From the NCBI GenBank assembly GCA_026023565.1, contig JAPETS010000028.1, positions 62,001 to 126,000 on the forward strand: a DNA stretch of 64,000 nt, written 5' to 3'. Origin of the DNA: Cirrosporium novae-zelandiae. Its lineage: Eukaryota. Each line of letters opens with the position of its first letter. Position 1 is the stretch's first letter. Positions 29,731 through 43,365 of the stretch are shown here, piece after piece. The position numbers and the translations under genes were made by a program. The notes beneath the pieces were generated by a model. The model worked only from the letters and a program-made list of their open reading frames with translations. It was not told the DNA's origin and did not search any database.

Positions 29731-30981
29731 CGGAAATACCACCTAGGTCAAAATAAGGAGGTATTCGATGCAGAGCTTTGGGGGGCGCAAGCAGCCCTAC
29801 AAATAGCGGCTAGGGCGTACCCAAATAACTATAAAACCCCCGGAAAAAAAGTAGTGGTGTTGCTTGATTCGTAAGCGGCTATCAGACGGATCGAAAAAAG
29901 GGGGTTAGGAAAGGGCCAAACGATCGTACAGAGGGTATACGAGTATACCAAATACCTGGTCGATCAAAGAGCGAAAATCGCTATTAGATAGGTCCCAGAA
30001 TATTATAAAATACCAGGGAACGAAACAATAGATCAGATAGCTAAAACAGGCGCGGCGCTAAAAAATAATAGAATAGCCGAATAAATTTCGCTGGTCTATA
30101 TAACCCGTAATATAATTGAAAAACAGGTAATAAAAACGTATAATTAATTACGTAATTAAAAAATAAAAAAATCGCCCGATAAATTATATCGAATATATCC
30201 GAAATATAAAAAAAATCGGATATTAAAATATACGTTTAAAAAACTGATAAATAAATTTTATTAAATAAAAACGGGATACGCCGTTACTAAAAAATATATA
30301 TATTATACGAAAATTATTATTATCACGGAATATTAATAATATAGGGTTTTATATTAAAATATTTTTTATTTAATATTAATATATTTACGCTAAAAAATAA
30401 TTAAAGCCCGATTATAAGAAATAATAAAAAAATAAAAAAACGAATAATCTAATATAATCGAAAAAAAAAAATTAGTATTCGTATTAAAAAATCGAATATT
30501 TTTTAAAAATTAAATATATTTTTTAAATAATACGGAGGTAGAGAAACCCCAATCCTGGATTAAATACGAAATAGAAAATCGTAAAACGTATCTAAATTAA
30601 AAATAGATAGAACCCGGATACGGGGGGAATAAGAATCCGGACGTAAATATTAAATAAAAACGGGGTCCGTAATAGATACGCGGGATAAACGTATACGAAA
30701 ACAAAAACTGAAAAAATCGAAAATAGATACGAATAAATTTATTTATAAATTACGAATACCGAAATAACGCTAAAAAATTATCCGGTTAAATAAATTAAAT
30801 AATTCTAGGAAATCTAAAAAAAAAAGGAAATTATATAATCGAATTAAAGGGGTAACCCCCACCACTTTAGCTAAAAATAAGCCCGAAAAAGGATACGAAA
30901 GGGCCTAAAAACCCCCGAATAGAGTCCGTTATAGCTTCTAAGCGATATATAGATATAAAACAATGAATAATCATCATTATC
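29731..30981 (+). mobile_element. 5'-truncated LINE (RNase H to tail) with exact 15-bp TSD
   Basis: Reads RKYHLGQNKEVFDAELWGAQAAL...VVVLLDS*AAIRRI (RNase H). ATTAATCAAATTTCG occurs at 29716-29730 and 30982-30996. Confidence 0.93.
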
Positions 30982-31043
30982 ATTAATCAAATTTCGTATA
31001 AATATTTTAATTTAATACGATTTTCTGATTCCTAATATATATA

Positions 31044-34000
31044 AAAAACGTTTTTTGGTGATCCCGCGCCACTAAATCAATTCATTATTATAACGACCGT
31101 TATACGAAATAATTAATATTTATTTAAAATCTATAAAATTTAATAATAATAAAAAAATATCAGGAATTAAAAAAATATATATCGTTAACGAAAATTAAAT
31201 AAATACGAAAAAACGAATTAAACGAACCGAAATAAAATTTTATAATAAAATTTAGCGATTCGGTATTATAATTTTTATTTTAAAAAAAAACGATTAAATA
31301 AAAAAATATTATTAAAAAATTTTACGAAAAAAAAAAATTCTAAAAAAAAATAAATTAATAATCAAAATATTTTAATTAAATAAACGATTAAATATATAAT
31401 AATACGTATATTTTTTATAATTAAAAAAAAATATATATTAGATTTTAAAAATCGACGATTTTACGGTATAATTACGAAAAATATTTTTCGGTTTAAAAAT
31501 CCGAATAATCGTTTTAAAAAAATAAAATAATAAAATTATAAAAATTTAAAAAAAAAATTAAAAAAAATTATATATAATTAAATAAAAATTTTTAATAATT
31601 AAAAAAATAATTATAATAATAATCTAAATATTATAAATTTAGATAAAAATTATAGAAATTATATATAATAAAACGGAAAATTTTATAAATAAAAATTATA
31701 TAATCCCGGTAATTAAATCTAAATAAATAATAAAAAAAAAAAAATAATATTTTTTTTAATAATACCCCGAACGGATATAATAACCGGAGCGTAGATATTT
31801 AATACGCGGACAATAATATAAATAAATAATTAAATAAAAAACCCTACCGTTAATACCGAAAACCCCGAAATAGATTCTTATAAAAATAATATTGGAATTT
31901 ACGGGATTTATTTATACCAAAATAATTAATAAAATAATAAATAAATCTAATAAAAAATAATAAATAATCAAATTTTATAAAAAAAAACGTATTAATTCCG
32001 TAAATAAAAATATAAAAACTAAAAATCAGAAAATACTAATTTTTAATAAAAAAAAATTAAATATTCGGGTTTTATAATATTAATAATAATAACGATTAAT
32101 ATTAAATTAATTAATTTAAATATATTATTTAAATTATAGATACGGGAAATCTATATTAATAAAAAAATTAATACGAATATATTAATATCTAAATATAAAT
32201 AAAAAATTCTAAAAATTATAATAAAAATAAATAATATAATAATAAATATATATTTATTAAAAATTTTATATTAAATAAAAATATAAAAAATATTTTTAAA
32301 AATATTTAAAAATTTAAATAAATTAAATTTAATAAAAATAAATTTAAAAAATATTTATTAATTATTCCGAAATACGATAATCGTATAAATAATACCGGAA
32401 AAATATTATTAAAAATAAATATAAACTGGATTTATATTAAAAAAATATATTATTTTAATTAAAATAGAATTCCCGTTTATAATATACGAAAAATAAAAAA
32501 TCGAAAATTATTATTTAATAGGATATAGATTTCGATATATCTAATAATTTATATTAAAAATAAATAAAACGTATTTAAAATACGTTTAATTAAAATATAA
32601 ATTATTTTTAAAATATAAAAATAAAATTTTTAAATATACGATATATACGGAAATATATAAAACGTAAAATTATTAATATTAGATAATAGAATATAAATCC
32701 GTATATATAAAGATTTATATATATATTTTATTAAAATATATAAATTATTTAGATTTTTATATAATTACGGACAGAAAATATTTAATTACCCGAAAAATAA
32801 AAATAAAATATATAAAAAAAAACACCGAAAAAACGTTATATAATTGTTTTATATATTAATTTTTTTAAAAAAAAAAAAAATTTAAAAAATCTTAATTAAA
32901 AATTAAAAATCTTCGAATTTTAAAAAAAAATAAAAAAAAAAATATAAATAATATCTAAAATATTAATAATATCGAAAATATCGGTAATATTCGTACCGTA
33001 AATAAATAACGATATATCCGAATTATAAATAAAAATATTATAATATAATTATTATAAAAAATACGATATAATAATTATAATTTTAAAATTAATTATATAA
33101 ATTAAAATAAATATAATATTATTATAAATATTTAATTAAAAATTAAAAAAAAAAATATTATATCCGATATAAAATTTTTATTAATCCGAATTAGAGATTT
33201 AAATAAAATATAAAATCGCGAAAACGATTATTATTATATATAAAAATCGAAAAAATATTATTTTTAAAATAATCGTAAAAATCGATTTAATTAATTATTT
33301 TTATTTCGTAATATTAAATATTAATATAATAAATATAAATAAAAAAATAAAAAATTTAATTAAAATAATTAATATTTACGATTAAAAATTAAAAAATATA
33401 TATTTTTAAAAATAAAATTAATAATAAAAATTTAAAAAAATTTTATAAAATATAAAATAAAAATTTATTTTTAATAATAATAAAATAATATTAATAAAAA
33501 ATATTAATATTTATAATTTAATATAAAAACCCGAATAAATTATTTATATAAACGATACGTTTTTAATAATATTTATAAAAAAATAATATTTAACAATATA
33601 AAACGATATTATTTAAAATATTTAATTTAAAAAAAAATTAATTTATTATTTAATAATTGATTTAATAATAATTAATTCCGCGATAAAATTATTTTAAAAA
33701 TAATTAATAAACGCGGTAATCGATAATATAAATAATAAATTAAAAATTAATTTAGATTATATTTTTATTTAATTCGAATAAAAAAATTACCGCCCAAAAA
33801 TAAATTAATTAATTTTGAATTCGTAAAATTTAAAATCGCTGGAAAATATCTAATAATAAATTAAAACGAAATAAAAATAAGAATTTTAATTAATAATAAA
33901 AAATATATTAATCGTAAATTATATAGAAACGTAATTAAAAAATAAAATATAAAAAATTATTATGTAATTAAAAATTATTTTAAATAAATATATAAAATTT

Positions 34001-37000
34001 AAACGGGTATATATTTAATTGAAAATTTGATAGAACCCCGAATATATTATTAAAAAATACGAATATTATATAATATTTAAAAAAATAAAATAAAAACGCC
34101 GGATTTACGAAAAAATTAAAACGGTATTTAAAAAATTTATAAAATTAATTAAAATTAAAAAAAAAAAAAAATAAATCGATTTTTTTTAAATATATATAAA
34201 AAAAAACGATTTAAATAAATTTTTAAATCCCGAAAATATTTAATAAAAATAGAAAATATTAAAATATTATAAATTTTAAAATTAAAATCCGATATTAACG
34301 TTCCGTATAAAAAACGGGAAAATAACGATAAAAATTAAAAATAAAAAAATTTTTATACGGGAATAAATATTTCCGTTATTTCTAAAAAATTTTAAATTTT
34401 AATTTTTAATCGAGAAAATATTCGTTTAATAATTATTCGAAAAAACGGTACGAAAAATATTATATATATAAAATACGAATAAAATTTTAAAATATAATAA
34501 TATTTAATTTAAAACGTTATATATATTATAATAATAAAATTTTAATAAAATAATAAAAATAATTTAATATTATTTCCGATTAAAATATTATCCGACGTAA
34601 TAAAAATATATTTAAAAAATATTATTATTTAAATCCGGAAAAACCGATAAAATATTAATTAAAAATTATAAAATAATAAATTTATTATATTATTTAAATA
34701 AAATAATCGAAAAAATCGTAATTAATATATTAATAAATATATACGAAAATCTAAATAAATTATATAAAAATTAATTTAAATCGAAATATAATTAAAATAT
34801 AATCGATACGTTTACGTATTTAATATATCGAATAAAAAAAAAGTTTAATTAAAAATAAATAATTTATATTTTATTTATAAATATAAAAAAAACGTTTAAT
34901 TATATATTATAATTTAAATTAATATAATATTTAAAATAATTAAAAATCGATAAAAATATTATTAAATAAATAATTAATTTTATAATTTAATAAAATATAA
35001 AATTAATAATCGACGGAAAAATATAATTCCGAATTAATATAGAAACGGAAATATTATAAAAATTATTTATATTTTTAATATTATTTTTAATATATTATAG
35101 CGGGCTATTCGTAGCCGTAGAATAAACGATTTTTAGAATTAAAATTTTATTATTCGTGAACGATATAAATTTTTCGACTATTTATATAAATAATAAATAA
35201 ACCCAGAAAATTATTTAATAAATAACGAAAACAACGGTTTAATAAAAAAAAAAATAAATTAAAATTCGATATTTAAAAAATTAAAATTATAACGTTTTTT
35301 AAATTATATAAATATTAAATTTAAATAAATACGAAACCGAAAATTAGAATCGATAATTATTCGATTAAATATAAAAAAAATTATATATAATAATTAAATA
35401 TATAATTAAATCCGAAATTTAATTTTTAAATTTATTATATTTAACGTTTAATTAAAATTAAATATACGGAAAAAATAATTAAATATATATATTATTAAAA
35501 CGGATTATTTATAAAATTTACGCGTTAAATAATTATAACGACGATAATATTAATTTATATATATAAATACGAAATCTAATAAAAAAAATCAATCGAATAT
35601 TAAATAAAATTTTAAAAATTATTAAATAAATTTATAAAATTAATAACGGAAATTTATAAAATAATTTTAATAATAATAATTATATAAAAAATTTATATAT
35701 ATTTTATAAATATAATATTAAATATTATATAAAAAAAATATAAATTTCGATATTTTTAAAAAATTGAAAATAATTTAACGAATCTAATATTATCGATAAT
35801 ATTTAAAATAAAAAATATAAATATTTAATTAAAAAAATAATCGTTAAAAAATTTTTAATAAATTTAAAAAATTTTTAATAAATTTAAAAAATTAAAAAAA
35901 ATATATTAAATTAATATTTAATTATAACAATAATTTAAAAAATAATAAATTTAAATTTTAATATCGAAAAAATTTAAATAATTAAAAAAAATAGATTTTT
36001 AAAAAAAATAATAATATTTTTAAAATAATAGATTTTCAGCGAAATATTAACGTAAAATTAAAAAAATATATATTAATCGAACGGATTTAAATTAAAAAAC
36101 CGTAAAATAAAAATAAAAATAATTTAAAAAATAATCGAAAAAATTTTATAAACGATATAGAAATATTATTTAAATTAAAATAAAAAAATATTTAATATAG
36201 AATTTTAAAAAATATAAATAATTTTATAAATAATAATTAAAACGTATTTAAATAATTATAAAACCCCCGAAAAAAAAATAATAATATTATTTAATTCGTA
36301 AACGGTTATTAAATAAATCGAAAAAAAAAAATTAAAAAAAAATTAAATAATCGTATAAAAAATATACGAATATATTAAATATTTAATCGATTAAAAAACA
36401 AAAATTATTATTAAATAAATTTTAAAATATTACGGAATACCGAAAAACGAAATAATAAATTAAACGATTAAAATAAATACGGCGTTAAAAAATAATAAAA
36501 TAATTAAATAAATCTCGCTAATTTATATAATCCGTAATATAACGGAAAAACGGATTATAAAAATATATAATTAATTATATAATTAAAAAATAAAAAAATT
36601 ATTTAATAAATTATATCGAATATATCCGAAATATAAAAAAAATTGGATATTAAAATACGCGTTTAAAAAATTAATAAATAAATTTTATTAAATAAAAACG
36701 GAGTACGCCGTTACCGAAAAATATATATATCGTATAAAAATTATTATTATCCTAAAATATTAATAATATAAAATTCCGTATTAAAACGTTTTTTATTTAA
36801 TATTAATATATCCGCGTTAAAGAACGGTTAAAGCCCGATTACGAAAAATAATAAAAAAATAAAAAAATTAATAATTTAATATAATCGAAAAAAAAAACTA
36901 ATATTTATATTAAAAAATCGAAAATTTTTTAAAAATTAGATACGTTTTTTAGACGATACGGAAATAAAAAAACCGTAATTCTAAATTAAATATAAAACGG

Positions 37001-37411
37001 AAAATCGTGAAACGTACCTGGATTAGGGATAGATAGAACCCGGACACGGAAAAAAAAAAACCCAGACGTAAATATTAAATAAAAACTAGGCCCGTAATAA
37101 ATATACGGGATAAACGTATACGTAAATAAAAATTGAAAAAATCGAAAATAAATACGAATAAACTTATTTATAGGTTACGAACACCGAAATAACGCTAAAA
37201 AATTATCCAGTTAGATAAATCAGGTGATTCTAAAAAATCTAAAAAAAGGGAGAAACTATATAGCCGAATTAGAGAGGTAACCCCCACTATTTTAGTTAAA
37301 AATAAGCCCGAAAAAAGATACGAAAAAATCTAAAAACCCCCGAATAGAGTCCGTTATAGCTTCTAAACGGTATATAGATATAAAATAATGAATAATTATC
37401 ATTATCATCAT
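31044..37411 (+). mobile_element. Full-length Tad1-like LINE, RIP-inactivated
   Basis: 5' end AAAAACGTTTTTTGGTGATCCCGCGCCAC. Colinear with the reverse complement of 23024-29277. Tail atgaataattatcattatcatcat ends ~37411. Confidence 0.9.
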
Positions 37412-37921
37412 TTTAATTTAATACTGTTATTTATATATATAATTTTTAATTTTTTATTAATAATAAATTCTTTTTATTTATATCAATAATTTAATTATAT
37501 TATAATATTGGTACGTTTAATAATTAATATTATTTAATTTTTTTTAAAATAATTATTTATTATTTTAATAAAATAATATTTAATTAATAACGACTATAAC
37601 GGTTTATATATATCGATAAATATTGGATTTAAAAAATTCAATTCTTTTACATTTACCACATAATTACGGTATTTATATAATTTTATCAAAACGTATATTT
37701 TATATATATTTTCGATATTTTTATTAACAGCGATAGATTATTCTAAATTCATTAATAAATATAAATTATAAAATTTATTAATTCCGAAATAATTGATTTG
37801 TTTATATTATAATATATAATTTTTTTTTATTGAATAATTTTTTAATATCAGTAATTATAAATATATTTTATAATATATAATTTTAAAATATTATTATTAT
37901 TTATTAGATTTATTTATAATA

Positions 37922-39762
37922 GAGAGGCTGGTCGGGTCTTTAGCCAGACCCAGCCTTTAGCCGAAAACACCACAATTTCAATTATTCAAGTATAATCGAC
38001 CAACTTATATATTAATTTACATAGAATTGCCCTATATAATTTTTTATTAGGGTAGGAAATTCTTAAGAAACTAGTTTTTTTTATTAAATAATTTTGATTT
38101 TCCCCGTTTTTTTCCCCCCGGTTTTTTAATTTTGTTCTGTTTTTGTTTCTCCCGCTATTTCTGTAATTCGCGCTCGATATTTTATTTATCAATAAATCGA
38201 TTATTTAAATTAATTATTAATTTTACACGCGTATTATATTTAAAAATATTTATTTTAATTTACGTTTATTTGAATTATATATTTATTAAATTTTCGTTGA
38301 AACTTTATTAATCGAACTATTTATCGATTTTATTTATTAAAATCCGGAAATCTCGATTTAATATTATATTAAAATTTTTTATTAATTTTTTTAGCTATTT
38401 TCTATTATAAAAGATATCGAAAAATTTAAAAAAATTCGATTAAAAACGTTTAAAAAACGGAATAATTATTTTAAAAAAAAAAAAAAATCGAATTTTTAAA
38501 TTCGGAAAAAATAAATACCCGATCAGAATTATAAAAATAAATTCTAGTTTTTTTCTATTCAGTTATAATTATCCGACGAATCAAATATTTAATACGAATT
38601 TTATTATACGTAATAATAAATTTATTTTTTTTAATAGATACAGCGTTATTTTATATAAAAAGATTTTCAATTTTTTTTTTATATACGTTTTTTAGGAGGG
38701 AAAACACGCTTTTATCTAAAAATTACAGCAAATAAAATATATAAACAAATAAATATAAATATTGTACGTTATTTTAATAATATAATTATATAAATTCTGG
38801 GGATATATAATTATTATATTTATTAAATAACAAAATTCGAGCCCCAAATTTATTCGGAAAAATATAAAAAAAAAAATAATCCGTAACCACGTAATAACAA
38901 TTTTATTGTCCGTCCACCTATTAAAAGAAATAATATAATATATATTAAAAACCGAATTATTAAATTAAACGATTATAAAATTCTTTTTTTTAAATATAAT
39001 AAAATATAGAATATATTTTCTCTAAATAAATATAGTTTTTAATATAATAATCTAATTACGATTCTCCGGTATAATTTTAATCGTATATCATTGATTTATA
39101 CGTTTAATAATTTTAATAATATTAATATATATTTTTATTATAATTTTTATTTTATTTATATTCTATATATTTTTTAATTCGATTTTATATTCGGTTTTAA
39201 TACGTTCAAAAAAAATAAAAAAATTAATAATATTATCGATAATAAAATAAACTCAGTTAATCGAAAAAAATCGATTTTAAAAAATTTTAATATTATCGTA
39301 TCGATTAATAAATCGAATTATTTATTTTTAATTAAACGAATTTAGTCCAGCGCAATATTAAACGATATAAAAAATAAAATAACGTACGAATTTAAATATT
39401 AGAATTTGATTTCGGTTATTTAGAAATTTTATTTAATTAATTATTATAATTTCTTGATTATCGATTAAAAATTATTATTTTATATACGATTTATATATTA
39501 ATTAATAATAACCGTGAAATCGATTTACTAGCGTAGATCGATTAACCCTATATATAGCCGCAGAAATTCGGATATTTGAGAAAATATTTTTATTATAATC
39601 AGAAATAGTTTTTTATAAAGCTGCTTTATCAATAGATTAATAAAATATTATAGGGGTGATAAATATAAAGAAGTTGATTGAGGGGTGAATTGGAGATGAG
39701 GTGGAAGTTGGTGTTTTTTTCGGCTAAAAGCTGGGTCTGGCTAAAGACCCGACCAGCCTCTC
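37922..39762 (-). mobile_element. pogo/Fot1-like Tc1-mariner DNA transposon (1841 bp), transposase RIP-destroyed
   Basis: ~50-bp TIRs starting GAGAGGCTGGTCGGGTCTTTAGCCAGACCCAGC at both ends, with TA on both flanks. The minus strand near 39510-39620 reads SNIRISAAIYRVNRSTLVNRFHG, a psq-type HTH. Length is typical of Fot1-like elements. Confidence 0.92.
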
Positions 39763-41384
39763 TATATAATATATATTTTTTCGGTATATTTTATTTTAAT
39801 ATAAATCCGTTATTTATTTCGTAATTATAATATATAGTAATCGAATATATTTTTTAATATAATTTTTCCGTTTATAATTTATATACGAGCGTTTTTTATA
39901 TCAGTTATTAATATAAAATTTTTATTTATATATATTTAGCGTTTCTGTATTAATCGGATAAAACTAATAAATAAATTTCTTTAATATATTTATTTCTGTT
40001 ATTTAATTATTTTATTATTATTTTTTCCATTTAGAAATAATATTTATTTTACGGTCGTAACAATTATAATTAATATTTAATTCGATTTTAAATCGTGATA
40101 ATAATCGATTTCGTTTTTAAAATTAAATTTAAAATTTGATTTATTATTATTATTAACGTCCGTAACGTATATACGATATTTATATTTCGAAATTCTTTTT
40201 TTATACGAAATTTTCTATATTTTTTTAAAAATATAATCCATTTTTTTTGATATTTATATTTAATTATTCCATATTCTTTTTTATATAGTTAATATTTTTT
40301 ATTCTATTTCTTTATTATATAGATACGATATTTTTTATATAATAAATTCGATAAACCAGCGGAATTATTATATTGCCGTTATTTTTCCGATTATTTTTTT
40401 CTTTTTTTTAATTTGTTTTTTAATTCTTTTTTCGCTAAAATATTTATTGTGTTATTATATATATAAATTCAATATAGATTTTAAATATAGATTTTTTTTT
40501 TAATTTTTTTAATATTTTATTAATTATTTTAATTATAAATCCCGATAAAATATTTTATAATAATATATATTTATCTAATAAATTAATTAATAATTAATTA
40601 AATACGTTTTTCGTATTAAAAAATTATTTTATAATTGGATTTTATACGACTATTTTAGGGTTTAATATTTTAAAATATATATATATTTATTTAATTAATT
40701 AAGCGGGAATTAATTTATAAATAAAACATTTAATAATACATCGTTTTCGTATAATTAATCTAATATTTTTAAATTTTTTTTTTAAATTTTTTATTATTGT
40801 TTAAAGAAACATATTTTATTATTCGTTTTTAATCCGTATTATTTCTATATTTTTTTAATATAAATTATATTGCTATCTTATTTTTTTTATATAATTTTAA
40901 AATCGTATTTATTATAAATAATATTATTTAATATAATTCTTTTATTTTAATATAATTTTTAATTAATCTGAATTATTTATTATAATTATCGCCAATAAAA
41001 ATATCGATTAATTTATATATAATTTAAATATTATTTTTTATAAAATATAGGTCGTTAACGATTCGTACACGTCGTAATTACGTGGTTAATTTATTAATTT
41101 CGTTTAAAAGATTAATTAGAATTTTAATTATTCAAAAATAAAAGAAATTCGATTAATAAATATCAATTCTATTAAATAATTCGGGGAAAAATAGGATACT
41201 AATTAAATAATTATATATTTTTACTGAAATTATGAAGTACAGATATCCCTTTTTATAATATAGATTTAATAAACTATTTAATAAATCAGCCCTAACCCTA
41301 ATCTGCGTATCTAAAGCATACATTCGGTACGTATATAGCCCCTCTACTATTAAATAGACCTCCTAAAATATTATTTATAACAAC

Positions 41385-41630
41385 CCCAGAATATTAATAA
41401 TATAAAATTTTATATTAAAATATTTTTTATATAATATTAATATATCGGCGATAAAAAACGATTAAAACCTATTTGTAAAAAATAATAAAAAAACGGAAAA
41501 ATTAATAATCTAATATAATTAATAAAAAAAAACTAATTTTGATATTAAAAAATCGAAAATTTTCGAAAAATTAAATACGTTTTTTAAATAATATAAAAAT
41601 AAAAAACCTTTAATTCTAAATTAAATATAA
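41385..41630 (+). mobile_element. Short LINE fragment (CCHC / 3' part of ORF2)
   Basis: Matches ~15240-15490; lacks the tail. Confidence 0.75.
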
Positions 41631-41652
41631 AAGAAAACCGTAATTTCCTATG

Positions 41653-42632
41653 GAAAAACGCTTTTTGGTGATCCCGCGCCACCAAATCAATTCACTACTG
41701 TGACGACCGTCATACGAAATATTTAACGTTTATATGAAGCCTATAAAACCTAGCAACAGCAGAGAAATATCGGGGACTAAAAAAATACGTACCGTTAACG
41801 AAAATTAAATAAATACGAAAAAACGATAATATCTAAAAAACGAATCGAACGAATCGGAATAAAATTTTATAATAAAAGTTAACGATTCGGTATTATAATT
41901 TTTATTTTAAAAAAAAAATGATTAAACGGAAAAATATCGTCGAAAATTTTTATAAAAAAAATAAATTAATAATCGGGATATTTTAATCGAAAAAATAATT
42001 AAATATATAATAATATATATATTTTTTATAATTAAAAAAAAATATATTAAATTTTAAAAACCGACGATTTTACGATATAATTACGGGAAATATTTTTCGG
42101 TTTAAAAATCTAAATAATCGTTTTAAAAAAACGAAATAATAAAATTATAAAAATTTAAAAAAAAAATCAAAAAAAATTATATATAATTAAATAAAGATTT
42201 TTAATAATTAAAAAAATAATTATAATAATAATTTAGATATTATAAATTTAAATAAAAACCGCAGAAATTATATATAACGGGGCGGAAAATTCTATAAATA
42301 AAAATTATATAATCCTAATAATTAAACCCGAATAAATAATAAAAAAAAATAATATTTTTTTTAATAATATCCCGAGCGGATATAAAAATTAGATTATAAA
42401 TATTTAATACGCGGATAATAACGTAAAGGGATAAAAAAATTTAAAAAGATTTTTAAAAAATAATAAAAATAATTAAATAGGAGATTCTACCTTTAATACC
42501 GGAAATCTCGATATAAATTTTTATAAAAATAACGCCGGAATCTACGGGGTGTATTTATATTAAAATAATCAATAAAATAATAAATAAATTTAATAGAAAA
42601 TAACAAATAATTAAATCCCGTAAAAAAGAATA
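41653..42632 (+). mobile_element. LINE 5' fragment (3'-truncated)
   Basis: Best-preserved family 5' end: GAAAAACGCTTTTTGGTGATCCCGCGCCACCAAATCAATTCACTACTGTGACGACC. Confidence 0.88.
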
Positions 42633-43365
42633 ATATTTATTCGAGATATTATTAAAAAAAATACTATTTTTTTTTTTATTACCCGTTCAGATCTAATTAC
42701 TGGGATTATATAATTTTTATTTATAGAATTTTCCGTCCCGTTATATATAATTTCTGCGGTTTTTATCCGGATTTATAATATTTAGATTATTATTATAATT
42801 ATTTTTTTAATTATTAAAAATTTTTATTTAATTATATATAATTTTTTTTGATTTTTTTTTTAGATTTTTATAATTTTATTATTTCGTTTTTTTAAAATAA
42901 TTATTTAGATTTTTAAATTAAAAAATATTTCCCGTAATTATACCGTAAAATCGTCGGTTTTTAAAATCTAATACATTTTTTTTTTGATTACGGGAAATAT
43001 ACGTATTATTATATATTTAGCCGTTTATTTAATTAAAATATTTTAATTATTAATTTATTTTTTTTTAGAATTTTTTTTTTTCGTAAAATTTTTCGATAAT
43101 ATTTCTCCGTTTAATCGTTTTTTTTCTAGAATAAGGATCGTAATACTGAATCGCTAGATTATATTATAAAATTTTATTTCGATTCGTTCGATTCGTTTTT
43201 TCGTATCCGTCCAATTCTCGCTGACGGCATGTTTTTTTTTAGCCCCCGATATTTCCCCGTTATTGTTAGGTTTTATAGATCTTAAATAAACGTTAAATAT
43301 TTCGTATAACGGTCGTCACAATAGTGAATTGATTTGGTGGCGCGGGATCACCAAAAAACGTTTTT
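42633..43365 (-). mobile_element. LINE 5' fragment, inverted relative to the previous one
   Basis: Reverse complement of ~41653-42385; ends in GGCGCGGGATCACCAAAAAACGTTTTT. Confidence 0.88.

Noticed and set aside
31005..31018. TTTTAATTTAATAC as TSD of the 31044-37411 LINE (recurs at ~37411-37424)
   Set aside because: It is ~25 bp away from the element's 5' end and nearly all A/T, so chance cannot be excluded.
37986..38192. 68-aa minus-strand ORF
   Set aside because: Lies in the RIPed 3' part of the pogo transposase region; not a separate gene.
41289..41301. CCCTAACCCTAA telomere-like motif
   Set aside because: Only two units; too short to call an interstitial telomere.
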